A stretch of 64,000 nucleotides of DNA. Source: Podarcis tiliguerta. Taxonomy: Eukaryota. Positions 49,240-62,125 of this stretch are shown one piece after another. Made by a program: the position numbers and the translations under genes. The notes beneath the pieces were generated by a model that did no database searches, was not told the origin of the DNA, and saw nothing but the letters and a program-made list of their open reading frames with translations. The stretch lies in assembly GCA_965153285.1 (NCBI GenBank), contig OZ229110.1, one strand, 5' to 3'. The first letter of the stretch is position 1; each line of letters begins with the position of its first letter.

Positions 49240-50100
49240 CCAAGTTCACTATCTTCAGAAAAGAGCAACTAGCATGTTCAAGGGGATGGAGCAACTCTTC
49301 TACGAGAAAGCGTTAAAACTTCTGGGGCTTAGAGTAAGAGGCAACATGACAGTCATGTATAAAATGAGCCAGTGTGGCATAATGGTTTGAATGTTGGACT
49401 ATGACCCAGGAGAGCGGGGTTTGAATCCCCACTTAGCCATGAAGCTCAGTGGGTGACCTTGGGCCAGTCACCAGCTCTTAGCCTGACCTATCACATGGGG
49501 TTGTTGACAGGATGAAATGGAGAGGACAAGAACTCTTAACACCACCTTGAGCTCATTGGAAGAAAAAGGTGGCTAATAAATAAATAAAGCATGTACAGTA
49601 TGGAGAAAGTGGTTCGAGAACTGCCTTTTCTCCCTCTCTCATAACACTAGAACTTGTGGCTATGAAGCTAAGTGTTGGAAATACTTCTTCATGCAGCACA
49701 CAGTAGATCAAAGATCATAGAATTGTAGAGTTGGAAGGGTCCATAAGAGCCATCTAGTCCAATCCCCTACAATGTAGGGATATTTTGCCCAACACGGGGC
49801 TCGAACTCATGAACCTGAGATTAAGAGTTTCATCTGAGCTATCCCAGAGAATTCCTTCCCATGATAGGCAGGCATGGCCATTAACTGGGTTGGCTTTAAA
49901 AGGGCATTAGGCAATTTAAGGGTCCTGATGGCTATGTTCTGCCTCCACAGTTGGGGAGCAATATTCTTCTGAGGGATGGTTGTTTCACTCTGATCCTGCC
50001 TGTGGCCTTCTTATAGGCATCTGACTGACTGCTGTTAGAACAGGATGTTGGACTAGATTGCATGCTTTGGCCTGATTCAGCAGGTCTGTCTTATGTTCTT
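49240..50100 (+). mobile_element. Degraded CR1 LINE 3' region interrupted by two SINEs
   Basis: CAGAAAAGAGCAACTAGCATGTTCAAGGGGATGGAGCAACTC...(QKRATSMFKGMEQLFYEKALKLLGL), then TACTTCTTCA..., ending CTTATGTTCTTATG. Confidence 0.75.
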
Positions 50101-50672
50101 ATGCTCTCAAAGGAAGATTCAGCTCCCAGTTGGGTTAGCTTCTGCAGATGAAGTGGGACGGGACGCCATCTTGCCTTCTGCCTCGGGCAGCAAAATGACT
50201 TAGGGCAGCCTTAAATCACATATACAATACGTGCAGGTGGTGGAGGTTTTCCAGACCTCACAAACACAGAGAGTTGGCAACCATGAGGCCCACTTCCATT
50301 CTGTGCAGCAGGGACCATTTAAGCCTAGTTACATCCCTGTGAAGAAGCAAAGGATAGTGAAGTGCCAAAAGAAATTCTTTACAGGATGTTGGCAGAGCGA
50401 TATGACATGTGAAAGAAGCTGTGCCAAATCTCTGAAATAAATTGAGGGTTTGCCAACGATAGGGCTGAGTAAAGATCTCAAAGTTTGGGCCTTCAGATGC
50501 TGCCGGAAAAGTTGCCAGTTGTAGTCGTTTCATAGGATTCAGAAGAGTAAACGGATTAAAAATACCGTTTCTGTTCCTCTCACAGTGGTACAATATTGTG
50601 CCAGTAGTCTTTTGGCTCTCCCCCTAATATACTCTTCAGACGGCCAGGGGGGTGTAACTGTTTTACACAGTA

Positions 50673-50893
50673 CAGTGGTACCTCGGGTTACAGACGCTTC
50701 AGGTTACAGACTCTGCTAACCCAGAAATAGTACCTCGGGTTAAGAACTTTGCTTCAGGATGAGAACAGAAATCGCACGGCAGCAGTGCAGCAGCAGCGGG
50801 AGGCCCCATTAGCTAAAGTGGTACCTCAGGTTAAGAACAGTTTCAGGTTAAGAACAGAGCTCCAGAACGAATTAAGCACTTAACCCGAGGTAC
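50673..50893. mobile_element. Tigger-like MITE, inverted relative to 32661; right TIR truncated
   Basis: TA-CAGTGGTACCTCGGGTTA...TAACCCGAGGTAC, lacking the terminal CACTG. Confidence 0.9.
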
Positions 50894-53800
50894 GTTTGAA
50901 TGCCCTCACGTTGATTTCCCACTTTGCAGCCCCTTATATAGGGGCAATCATTCCAAGAAGGATGCAGTCAGAGGTAGTTCAATGCAGAGTGTAACTTGAA
51001 TGTGCTGGCATGTTACGATGGGCTCATGATGAATTCATCCTTGTTCTTCTTCCAAGCCAGCTAGTCCTCCTGTAGAATCTTGGAGGTCAATAAACCTCAC
51101 ACATCCTTGTTTTAAGTGACTGTTCTGGATTCTTCCTGCTTCTCTTCTTTATTTAATAAATAAATGCCTATTACAACATGTCTTACAAGGTGGCAGACGT
51201 CAATATAAAGTGTGACAAGCAATAATACATAAAAATAATCCAAACACACAAACCCCTACCCTGAGAACTGGTCTGTATACCATCTTACAGACTTATCAGC
51301 CTCTAGCCTTTAATTTCTGATCAGGAGGACGGGATATATTGATCCTGCCACACAGGATGTTCTATGCTGACCCCCTTTTGGAGAAATGCTTGTCCTCCCA
51401 ACATTACTTTTTGGGTCAATTTTGCATGACCATTGTTTAAGTGGCAAGATGCAAGTTGCATTGATGTGGCTTGGTCATGTGATCACTTCACCGTCCATTC
51501 CCTGTGTGGGCCACTGCAAAGTTTTGAAGTATGTCATAGGCAGCTGCAGTAGCACAGTAAAATGCGCTGATGGCATGAAATATTGGAATTTGGAATACCA
51601 GGGGAAATGATATATGGATTATTAACCCTTGGGATGCATTTATCCTGCATTTTTATTTATGTATTCTTAATAAGGCATGCCCCGTTTTCATTTTTAACAA
51701 CTTTGGCAGCTTGGTGGGTTTTTGGTTTGTATCCAATTAAAGTTAGGACAACTTAGTTTCAATGTGAAAACTAAGCATTTGTTTAAATTACTGAAATCAG
51801 TGGGGTTTAAACTTTGTCTGGGTCATGCCCTATGAAAAATGAAAGCAGGGGGAGATACACCTCCAAATTACTGTATCACAAAACTGCATAAAAGATACAA
51901 ATAAGAAAGAAAGTATCTAAAAGAAAAGGCAGCATCCCATTTAATACAGAGCGTGTATAAACCTTCCAGCACTGAAAGCATGTCTTATTCTAAATTCAAT
52001 GTCCCAAAGCAAACATGCTTCCTTTTCTTTCCTTCTGAAACAGGCAGGATCAGTTAGAAAGTTGGTTCTCTTTCTGCAGTGCATCGAGGGCACTATTTCT
52101 CCAGCTGGGTACTTAACCTATATCCTATGTGGCATCCAATTTACTCTGACATTCAGGCAGAATGATTAGGTAACCTAATCATTAAGCCTCAACTTTTTCA
52201 CTAGCTTGCCATCTTAAATGTTTCCCTGACCATATCACATGTGGGGGGTGGGGTAGGGATTAATGTCCTCCCCCCCCCCCCCGTGGCTTAGAACAGGAAA
52301 AGACAATAATGCACCACCAGTATGTGTGTCAACTGGTCTAGAATTCATGGGAGACTTTTAAAAACGTAAACATCATTATAAACAGTATTTGTTCATTTCT
52401 CAATCATAAATGCCAAAGTTGATCATATTCTCATATACACTGGGAAGGGGAGAAATGCATGCAATGGTAATTAGACGTATTCTGGCTTTTTAAATCAGAA
52501 GCTATTTACACCTTGAACTTCATGAATAATACATGATATACAGGCATGATAAGAGATAATTAGATGGACCAGCTAAGAAGAATGCGAAAGGGGGCCGGGA
52601 ACCCAAGGATTGCATAAGGTGTGTGGGCATTTTGACATCTAAGAAGCGCTATAGATCTGGCGTTAACTACCTCAGCCTCATGAAGATAATTAAGGAGAAA
52701 TGTGGGTGTCAAAACACACACACACAAACCTAGCAAACTTCCCATAGATTGGCTAGCTTATTGCAGCAGTTCAAAACACAATTGGCAGACGCCCACATTG
52801 GTCATGATTGCCCTTTGATGCGGCTGTTATTGACTTTATAAAGATGCCAGAGTTAAAATGCTGTCTTAAGCTCATTGTTTGACAAGTTCCTGTCTAGGAT
52901 TCTGTCATGGCAATAAATGTCAGCCTATCTACTGAAGTTCTTATATTTTGTTGTGTCCGCGAAGAGTCAAATAGCAAATTACTCATATATTCAGTTCAAT
53001 CCAAAGATGTTCTGTCTTGTAAGAAGCCTCTCAGCTGTCTTAGGAAATGTTCTATGACAACACGTTCTCCATCTTCTTTTCATTCTATTTCTCCTTTCCC
53101 CCCCTTCTATTTGTATATACTGTTCTGGAATACAAAGTAAGAAGCAGGTTGGTTTGACCCTTAGGTTTTCAAGTCGTTTTGAGAATTGGATTTCTAGTCC
53201 ACATTGTCAATAAGGCCAAGGATGAATAATAATCCTTGTCTTGTACATGACTATAGCATCAATGAGCTACTGCAGCCAAATCATTGCACATAAATAAAGG
53301 CCATATCACACAGTGTCAATTCAACTGCAATTCTTCTCACACATTCACCGGTCAGTTGTTAAGGCTTTGCTCACATGTGGATTTGCGCCACTTGACATCT
53401 CTGCACTTGATCACTGTTCATTTGGTGACTGGCAGATGAAGGTGTAAATTGCCTTCACTGAAAAGCATGGCATTTGAGATGACATGAAAGAGATTAAAGT
53501 TCCGCCTGTGGTGTTTTATACTGTGATGGTCCACTGACCCATGCAGGTCATCATTTGATATTATTATAACAAGTGGCAAACATGCAATATGTACCTACCT
53601 AAACACATAGAAATCAGGTGATGTACATGCATGTGTGGATCTGGTATAACCTGGAGATCAGTGCTAGCAGAAGGACTATCAATGCATACATTTTTGCTTC
53701 CACTGCTGAGCTATAGCAATCACCAAGATACAACCCTTGTCATGTATACTCCTCTCTATTCGGTCTTCGTTCACAAAACATCTATTGATTTCAAAGTTCT

Positions 53801-54224
53801 CACCTTGCGTAATAGTTTTCTTCAATTTTCTGATGCACCTGGAGCTCCTGTGATATCCTCACCCCACCCCACCCCCACCCAACAAGCCTTGCAGTTTATC
53901 AGCTGCTTTGTGATTTAGTTCCTTGATCTGTGTGTTTCCCTAATCTCCTGCCCTGGACCTTTTCCAAGATCCTCATTGCTTTTCTGGCTATAGAGTGTGT
54001 GTCCCCCACAGAAGATTCATTTCGCATCTTACTGTGGTCTCTGCTCCCAGCCTACTTTTACTTTACTTGATACCAAATAAAGCACTGTGTGTTGAATTTT
54101 GCTACCATCTTCACCACTGGGAGGTTTCTAGGAACATTCTCAGCCTATTGTAATTAAAGATGGTGGTCAGATTTGAGGTGAAAGGTTATATATACTCTGC
54201 TAAGCAGACAAAGAGACCTCACAG

Positions 54225-55560
54225 CTACTAAATAAGACAAGTACTTTGGGTCTTGCTTGGGGACACAATCAGCCTTGGTCACCCTGATGGAGAGACAGAG
54301 GAAGTGCAACCCTACTGAGTCTGCTCTGTGGCATTTGATACCATTGACCACAGTGTCTTCCTCATGAGTTGGAAGTTTGGGCCACTGTTCTGTCATGGTG
54401 TCACTCCTACTTCCAAGGATGGTTCCAGATGACAGTATTAGATGACAGTGCCTCCACACCTGGGAAGTGATCTTCAGGGTGCCACAGGGCACAGTTTTGT
54501 CCCCAGTGCTACTTAGCATTTATGCAAATCCTCTGAAGTTGTACACTAGATGATATGGGGCAAGGTGACATCCATATGTGGATGACACTCAGTTCTATTT
54601 CCCTGTAACATATGAATCAGAGGACATGCACATCTTAAACTGGTGCCTGGATACAGTTAGATGAGGGCTAATAAACTGTGACCAAATAAGTGGGGGGCAG
54701 AAACCCTCTAGATGGATAGTCCCTAGGTTTAGGAAATGGTCTGTACCAGCTTTGGGTGGGGTTCCACTCTCTCTGATGAAGAAGGTGCATAGCTTGAGGG
54801 TGCTCCTAGAGCCATCACTGTCACTATGGGCCTTGATGACCTCAGTAGCAGGGTGCACATGTTACCAAATTTGGTTGTTTGGCCATCTACAACAGTTCCT
54901 GGACATAGTGGTCCATGCAGTAGATAACCTCATATCTAGATTATGGTAATGTGCCACAAGTGAGACTATCCTTGTGCCCGATTCAGAAGCTGCAGCTAGC
55001 TGAAAACACAGCTTCTAGGGTTCTCAGTAGTGTATCCAGCTTTGCACATGTTACACCAGTGTTGAAATAGCTGCACTGGCTTCTTATTAGCTTTCAAGCC
55101 AAGTTCAAGAGGGTTTGGGTTGACATTTAAAGCCTTAAACAACTTAGAACTAAGGTACCTAGCAGACTGCCTCACCCAGCACAGACGAAGCTGTGTCTTT
55201 ATGTATTTATTCATTTGTTGCATCTCTATTCTACCTTCCAGTCAACACATGGTAGCATATGTGGTTCTCTTCCTCCCCATTCCTTCCTCACAACAACCCT
55301 GTGAGGTAACTTAAGCTGAGAAACTGTCACTGGCCTAGTGAGTTTCACCCAATGAGTTTCATGGCTAAGCAGGGATTTGAACTCTAGTCTTCCAAGTCGT
55401 AGCCCAATACTCTAACTATTAAACCACGCTTAAGATCTTCTGAGGAAACGCTGTAGATGGTATTTTGGTGACAAGCTTTCTTGATGGTGGCAGCCACTCC
55501 TTGGAATGCCCTTGCATGGGTGGTTCAAGAGGTGTCCGCATAACAGAGACATATGTTTAC
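54225..55560 (+). mobile_element. Degraded L2 LINE (RT domain to 3' end)
   Basis: RT motifs AFDTIDH (GCATTTGATACCATTGACCAC), VPQGTVLSP (GTGCCACAGGGCACAGTTTTGTCCCCA) and YVDDTQFY (TATGTGGATGACACTCAGTTCTAT), with frameshifts. Confidence 0.82.
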
Positions 55561-56410
55561 CCATATCCATCCTGGACTCTGATTCCTAAATCTTAAAACT
55601 TTTTTTTCCTTTTACACACCACTCAGTTAATCGTGATATACAGTTTTATTCAACTTTTATTTTAACTTTCTTTTTAAAAAAATACTCGATGGTTGTATTT
55701 TTAAATGAATTTAAGCAACGCAGTAAATATCACCCTATCAAATAGCAATAGAAGCAAAACTGAGATGTAGCTACATAGAAGAACCACCAGCAGTGATCAT
55801 ATAAGTAATTCATACAAGCATTAGCTACTTGTGATTTTTTTCTCATGAGCCATAAAACAGCATATCAATTAATGATCCTTACCACTTGAGTACAGGATCC
55901 TACCAACTGGGAACTTCCCTTATGTTATCCCTTGCTGAAATATGCAGGAGGTTCACAACACCTAGTAGCAGCTACTATTCATTTCGGTGGATTCCTTGTT
56001 GCAAGAAAGGCTTGTGGCAGGGACTGAAGAGTAATGCTGCTTATAAAAAATAAAGTATGGAACTCTGAGAGGGAAGCTAAGGGAGAAACAACGAATGCAT
56101 CATAGTTCTTTTTCCTTTGAGCTGGTGCAACTGCTGACAAAGAGAAATAAAAGAGTCCAGTATGAGTGACAATGAGCACGGTAGGGTCATGGCTTCAAGC
56201 TGACACGGTGGCCCACAAGAAAGTCTCTGCAAGTGTCCATTTCCCTGGACACTGCTGCTGAGCGGCCCTTAACAATCACTTCTCAGGCCTTTGTCTTCCT
56301 CTGTAAACAGCACCCTCAGGAAACGGCAAGGAATGCCACAGCCACACCATCAACTCTCAATGTCATTCTGCCTCAGCCTACATCACTCTTAAGGCCCCAT
56401 CTGCACTATA

Positions 56411-56641
56411 CAGTGGTACCTCTGGTTATGAACTTAATTCATTCCGGAGGTCCATTCTTAACCTGAAACCGTTCTTAACCTGAGGTACCACTTTAGCTAA
56501 TAGAGCCTCTTGCTGCCGCCACACGATTTCTGTTCTCATCCTGAGGTAAAGTTCTTAACCCGAGGTACTACTTCCGGCTTAGCGGAGTCTGTAACCCAAA
56601 GAGTTTGTAACCTGAGGCGTTTGTAACCTGAGGTACCACTG
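56411..56641. mobile_element. Tigger-like MITE inserted in an older repeat (~56392-56825; host relative at ~43670-43820)
   Basis: TA-CAGTGGTACCTC...GAGGTACCACTG-TA. Confidence 0.9.
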
Positions 56642-59600
56642 TACATTTAAAGCAGTAGCATTCCATGTTAAAAGAATCATGGCTTCCCCCAAAGAACCCT
56701 GGGAAGTTTAGTTTGTTAAGGATGCTGTTAGGAGACCACCCCCCCCCATTCCCCTCACAGAGTTACAATTCCCAGAGTGGTTTAACAACCAATCCTTTCT
56801 CCCAGGGAACTCTGGGAATTGTAGCTTACTGATTTCCACTCACTAAGTACATCAAAGCAACTAGAGTAACTATAGGTCATATTAATTCAACTCACCTTCC
56901 CCTGGCAATAAAGGATCCTGAAATCTATTAGTGAATCCTGTTACAGGATATGACAAGCATGGATCTTTATGGGAATGAATCTAAAGGAAATTATTTTTTG
57001 AAACCAGTTTTCCATTATTTCCCCAAAGCAGAACTCCATAAACTTGCAAACTGCCTGGCAAAGTTCTTTGTTCCTCAAACATTAAAATCTCAAATGAAGA
57101 ATTGAAACAAGCTGAAAGAGGTCAGCTTTCTTAATGCTGGCCTGTATTCCAAACACATTTACAAGATGTTTTATGCGAGCAGCCTATATCCCAGAGTACG
57201 TCATCAGAAAAAGCTTCAGTATTTCAAAAATAAGATCTTTAATTGAATACACCTGGTTCTTTTCCTCACCTGTATAAAGCAAACTCCTTTCAGGTTAAAG
57301 CCATTTACTTTAAACTAATTACAAGAGCACACATCCCATTTAAATAACAGCAGTCATGCAACATGTGTGATATTCCTCACCATTCAAGAAAATGTAAGGC
57401 TCATGTATGGTCATCACAGCATAGTTCTGCAGAAGAACTTTTACCATATCAGTTATCATTGCAATGGACTATTTATCACAATAGACACAATCTGGAGCTC
57501 CAACAGTTGGAAGCAGCCCCACTTAAGAACATAGGTAGAGCCCTGTACAATCTAAGGCCTTTCTAGTCCATTATCCTGTTCTTACAGTGGCCAGCCAGAC
57601 ACCTGTGAAAAGTCCACAAACAGGACCTGAGTACAAGCTACCTCTGATTCTGAAGTAAACATAAAAGCCAGTTGGTGCAACAGAAGCCTTGCACACCTTT
57701 CAGATGCATCGGAGTGGAAAGATTATCCAAGGTATAAACAAACTAGATAGTGCCAACTCCACATTTTGGATAGCTCATGACAGGGGTGCCAACTTGAATA
57801 AAATATTGGGGGGGGCAGTAAGCCCTGCCCTGCATAACTGATCACATGATGCGGTGCACGGACACAATTTGAATGGCAATGATCATTAACTTGGGGGTGG
57901 CCCTCAAATATTTTACGGGGGGCTCCTATGATCAAGATGGCCTCATTTAGTTAGGGCATCCTCACCACCACCATTGCCCATTTTCAACCACCCAGAGGGA
58001 GAGTGGAAAGCAAGGGGAGGATGCAGCCATGTCCAGTCACTCTTGGGAGCACTTGCATGGTCAAAAAGCAAGAGAAGAGCAGGAAGAGCAACACGGGTCA
58101 GAGGTTCCAGGGATCAACAGTGAAGCTCCTGCTAAGCAGACAGGCCTCCTCAGGTGCCCAGTTATGCTAGCCTTTTGCACGAGCCCTGAATTTCAGAGAA
58201 CTGCATGAATCCTACCAACCCAAGCAAAGGTGGCATAAAAGAGTGAGTGAGGCAGGAAATCTGAACTGCACTTGCCTCCTGCACCGTAAATATATAGCAA
58301 TACACTCATTAATCAACACTATGTTGACTTTTAATGGTTCTTCATAATAAGGCATGTGAAGTGAGCCCTGCTCTGCCCTCAAGTGGATCTGGTAAGAGAT
58401 GGTGATATGGTTGATAGCAGCATGATAATGACTCAGGCGATCCCATTTTACCAACAAGTTATGACCTTTAGAATGTAATAAGTCTTGCCAAAGGGTTGCC
58501 TGGTGGAGAGGGGAAAGGAGCTACTAATTCAGGAACAGCAGGGGGTGGGGGTGGGGAACAGAAACTCCACAAATTAAAGAAGACAGTATTTTTAGCAATC
58601 TAATCTCTGGTGATTTATGAGCCTTCAAGGCTTTTAAATATCAAATCGCCTGCATTTTCATGAGTCAGTGCTTTATGGTGCTTTTCAATAAAGACCAGCT
58701 GCTCTCCAGCAACCCATTGGCCGAGTTCAAGCAATGATGCAGCTAACTGGAGGCCGGTCCATTGAAGCAAATGGGGCTCTGCTCTGCTAACCTTGGTCTG
58801 TTCTCAGCCAACCCCCATTTGCCTACTTTCTAAACAGACAACCAGTCCAGGGGTGGTACAGCCTGCAGTTTTCCTCCTTCGTGACAATGTTGCCTGTGCA
58901 GGGAGGAGTTGTGGAGAAGAGTAGAATTAGTTGGCTGCAGCTGTCATTGGCTCTGGGTACACTGACCATTGGGCTCTCTGCCTTAATGCCCCCACCACAG
59001 TCTCAATGGGCACCAGACACCACTAATGCAGTGTGTGGTGTTTAGCCACACCATTCAAGCAGCTGCAGGGATGCTTGAATGCCAGTAAAAGTTGAATCTG
59101 TTGCCATTTTTGCTTAGCTTGCTATTTAACGTCAACCCTCAGCAACAGCAACGCTAAACACCACCGAGGCAAGCGCTTCTACAATGCAAATTAGGCACTC
59201 CTATAAAAAGAAAAGCTTTGGCTCCAGCTCTCGAGGGCAAACAGAGGCTGTGCAAACAGAGCTGGAAAATAATGCAAAACCCGTGGGTTCCCGATTTGAA
59301 TTGACATATGCAAAACAATGGAAACATTTGCCAAATTTAACTCAATTAGCAGATTTTTCCTGTTGCTAAACAAGGGTGTGAGTCTGAAGATGGGGTTTCC
59401 GTAAATAATAGCATCTTCACAATGGCAAACTTGAGTCTGTGCCTGAAAAGTGAACGCCAGTTTTGATTCTGATAATCAGATTTCACAGAATATGGAGCTT
59501 GCAGCTAGCATTCTGATTCAGGGGATGTGCCTATGTCGCACCCTGTTTTTGTTGTATCCATGTGGTGTCAAGATCCAGGAAGCAAGGGCAAAGAATACTA

Positions 59601-60347
59601 AGCCAGGCAAGGTGGATCAGGCAGTGGCAAAAGCAAAGCAGCTCTGTAGCAGGTTCAGCATTGTGTGAAGCCCTGCTGCCATTCAGAGTGAAAAAGCTGA
59701 CCTCACCCATCATCACTTGTGGTGGGTGGGTCTGATTTTATCACATGACTTGTTTTCACCTATAGGTGCTCAGAATGCTCCACAGGTTTATTTGTCAATC
59801 CCTCCTTTCTCTCAAGCTCAGTAGTGGCACTGTTCTGCAGTGCACTCCTATGCATGCCTATTCAGAAGTAAGCCCTGCTTAGTTCAAAGGGACTATTCCC
59901 CCCGCCCAAGTAAGCAAGTACAGGATTGTAGCCTGAAACCTGCTTATGAATCACAGGACTCTATGTGCAATTTTGTCTGTTTCACAAATTTCTGTAATCT
60001 TAATAGTAGCCAGCCTTCTGTTCTATTTCAGTTCTTTTCCTTAATGAAAACACACTTGGCAAGTCAATTTTTAACAGAGTAAGCACCAGTAATGTCATAG
60101 CAGGATATAAACATGTTTTATTGCACAGCAAAGTAATGCATGTTGCATATGTGGGTTAGATATGTGATCACTACTGAATAGGACCACAGGGGGCAGGGGA
60201 GGGAGCTTGGAGAGTGCTTCCACATTAAGTAGCAATTCTTCCAAAGATTAGATTTCAGAAAAATCTTTGGGAAAGAATAATGAAAATGAAACAGCTTCTG
60301 TCTAGCAATTAGACTGTTCTATGGGTGTCAGATGCCTTCAATTGAGA

Positions 60348-60376
60348 TGATAGATAGATAGATAGGTAGATAGATG

Positions 60377-60415
<39 letters not shown>

Positions 60416-60426
60416 GATAGATAGAT
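60348..60426. repeat. (GATA)n microsatellite
   Basis: Direct inspection. Confidence 0.96.
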
Positions 60427-62024
60427 ATCTGTTACTCGCTCACTCACACTGGAAAGATGACATGACATACCATCTCCTAGGCAACAAGTCTAGTTTGAGG
60501 GTACCACACTACAAGGGTTCTGAATCTGCTTGTATCACCTATTCTAGAATGTGATGCTAAAGAATTATTGCTCAGCTGTGTGGCATTGATACTATGTGAC
60601 CCCTCAGGGTTCTATCTTGCCTCCCATGCTGGAGAAACACCTCTGTGAAATCACTAGGTGAGGATGTCCATAAATTTGATGTGAGGTATCAACTCAGTGA
60701 TTGATTGCTCAGGTTGAAAGTATGCAGCAGACCTTGGAGCTATATAGGGGACAATGGAATGAAACTGACTTTCTAGGTGTACCTGATTTCCAGAACCAAG
60801 AGGATCCTAGGTTTTCTTGTGACAATGTCTACAGCACATCTGACGTTTCATATTAAATCATAGAGATGACTTCAACATTAATGGTTGCTCCTGTTGAGAA
60901 AAGCTAGAGAACATTTGACTGGCCATTTTCTGCTTCCTTTAATTGGAACTGAGCCTATCTGGGCCTGCCCTGTTTTGGAATGTTCAGAATCTTCTCGAGA
61001 TATAAAGTATTCCGATTCCTTCCATATAAGAATATCAAAGATAGATTTGTTTTTAACCACACTCTTTCATGCATTCATTTGGTTTTACTATCCACCAGTT
61101 GTATAGTTAATAGATTGTAGGTCATGGAAGCAAGATAAAATCAAAGAAAAAAATATTGTAATAATTTTGTTTTATTATACCTCTGAGGGGTTCTACTGTT
61201 GTTATAGTCCACTATCAACATATGAATGAGAAATATGCTTTTGTCTTGCTTTACAAACCAGAACAAAAACAATTGTGGAGAAATCTTAAAGAGTCCTGGG
61301 ACTTTATAATTTACCCATTGCTAGATACCAGTATTAAATGGTCAAACAAGATGACTGGCCACAAGGATGGAGAGAGACAATAGATTTGGCCACAGGGGTC
61401 AAATGCATCTGCCAGTTTACAGATCAATGGACCACACAGGAATTCTCACCTTTAGTATGGATTCAAGGGGGCAGGAACCAATGGAGCTGGCATTTGGCCA
61501 TCTTCTAATGGGTATCAGCAGGGTCTGGATTTTCAGTTAATGGTAGATTCAACATCTCACATATTCAATGAAATGAATGACAGCACACAAATGAGTCATT
61601 TTAATAAGGAACCCCTTAGACCTTATGCATATGTAATTCAATATAAGTTTCATCTCTGACCACAAGCCATACACAGTGGCTGAAGAGAACACTGTGGTTT
61701 GGATTGGTACCCAGTAGGGTATTTAACTCTTAGCATTCTGCTGACATTTATACTCTGAAAGACAAAATAGTTCCATAATTCTCCCGGGCTTCCTCAACAG
61801 TCTTTTATTCATACAACCTACTTTCAGATTTACCAGTCCCCAGCAAGGAGGAACCACTAAGTCCTGAGACAGGACCTGACAGAAATCTATCTCTCTGCCC
61901 ATCTCTCCATCAGCCTCAGACTTTACAATTCAAATTTGAATGAGGATGGGAAGGAAGAGAGCAGAGGAAAGAAGAGATCCATGTTATATATACTTAATGT
62001 TTTCTTCTTAATGTGGAATGAGGT

Positions 62025-62125
62025 TCTGGACTACAACTCCCATCATCCTTGACTATGGGCCATGCTGGCTTGGGCTGATGGGAGGTGGAGTCCAACAACA
62101 CTGGGAGGGTCACAGGTTCCCCACC
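62025..62125. mobile_element. Palindromic squamate MITE (relatives at ~7170-7270, 15250-15380, 17740-17815, 36900-37025 and 44450-44580)
   Basis: Shared self-complementary core GGACTACAACTCCCATCA...TGATGGGAG.TG.AGTCCAACAACA.CTGG. Confidence 0.65.
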
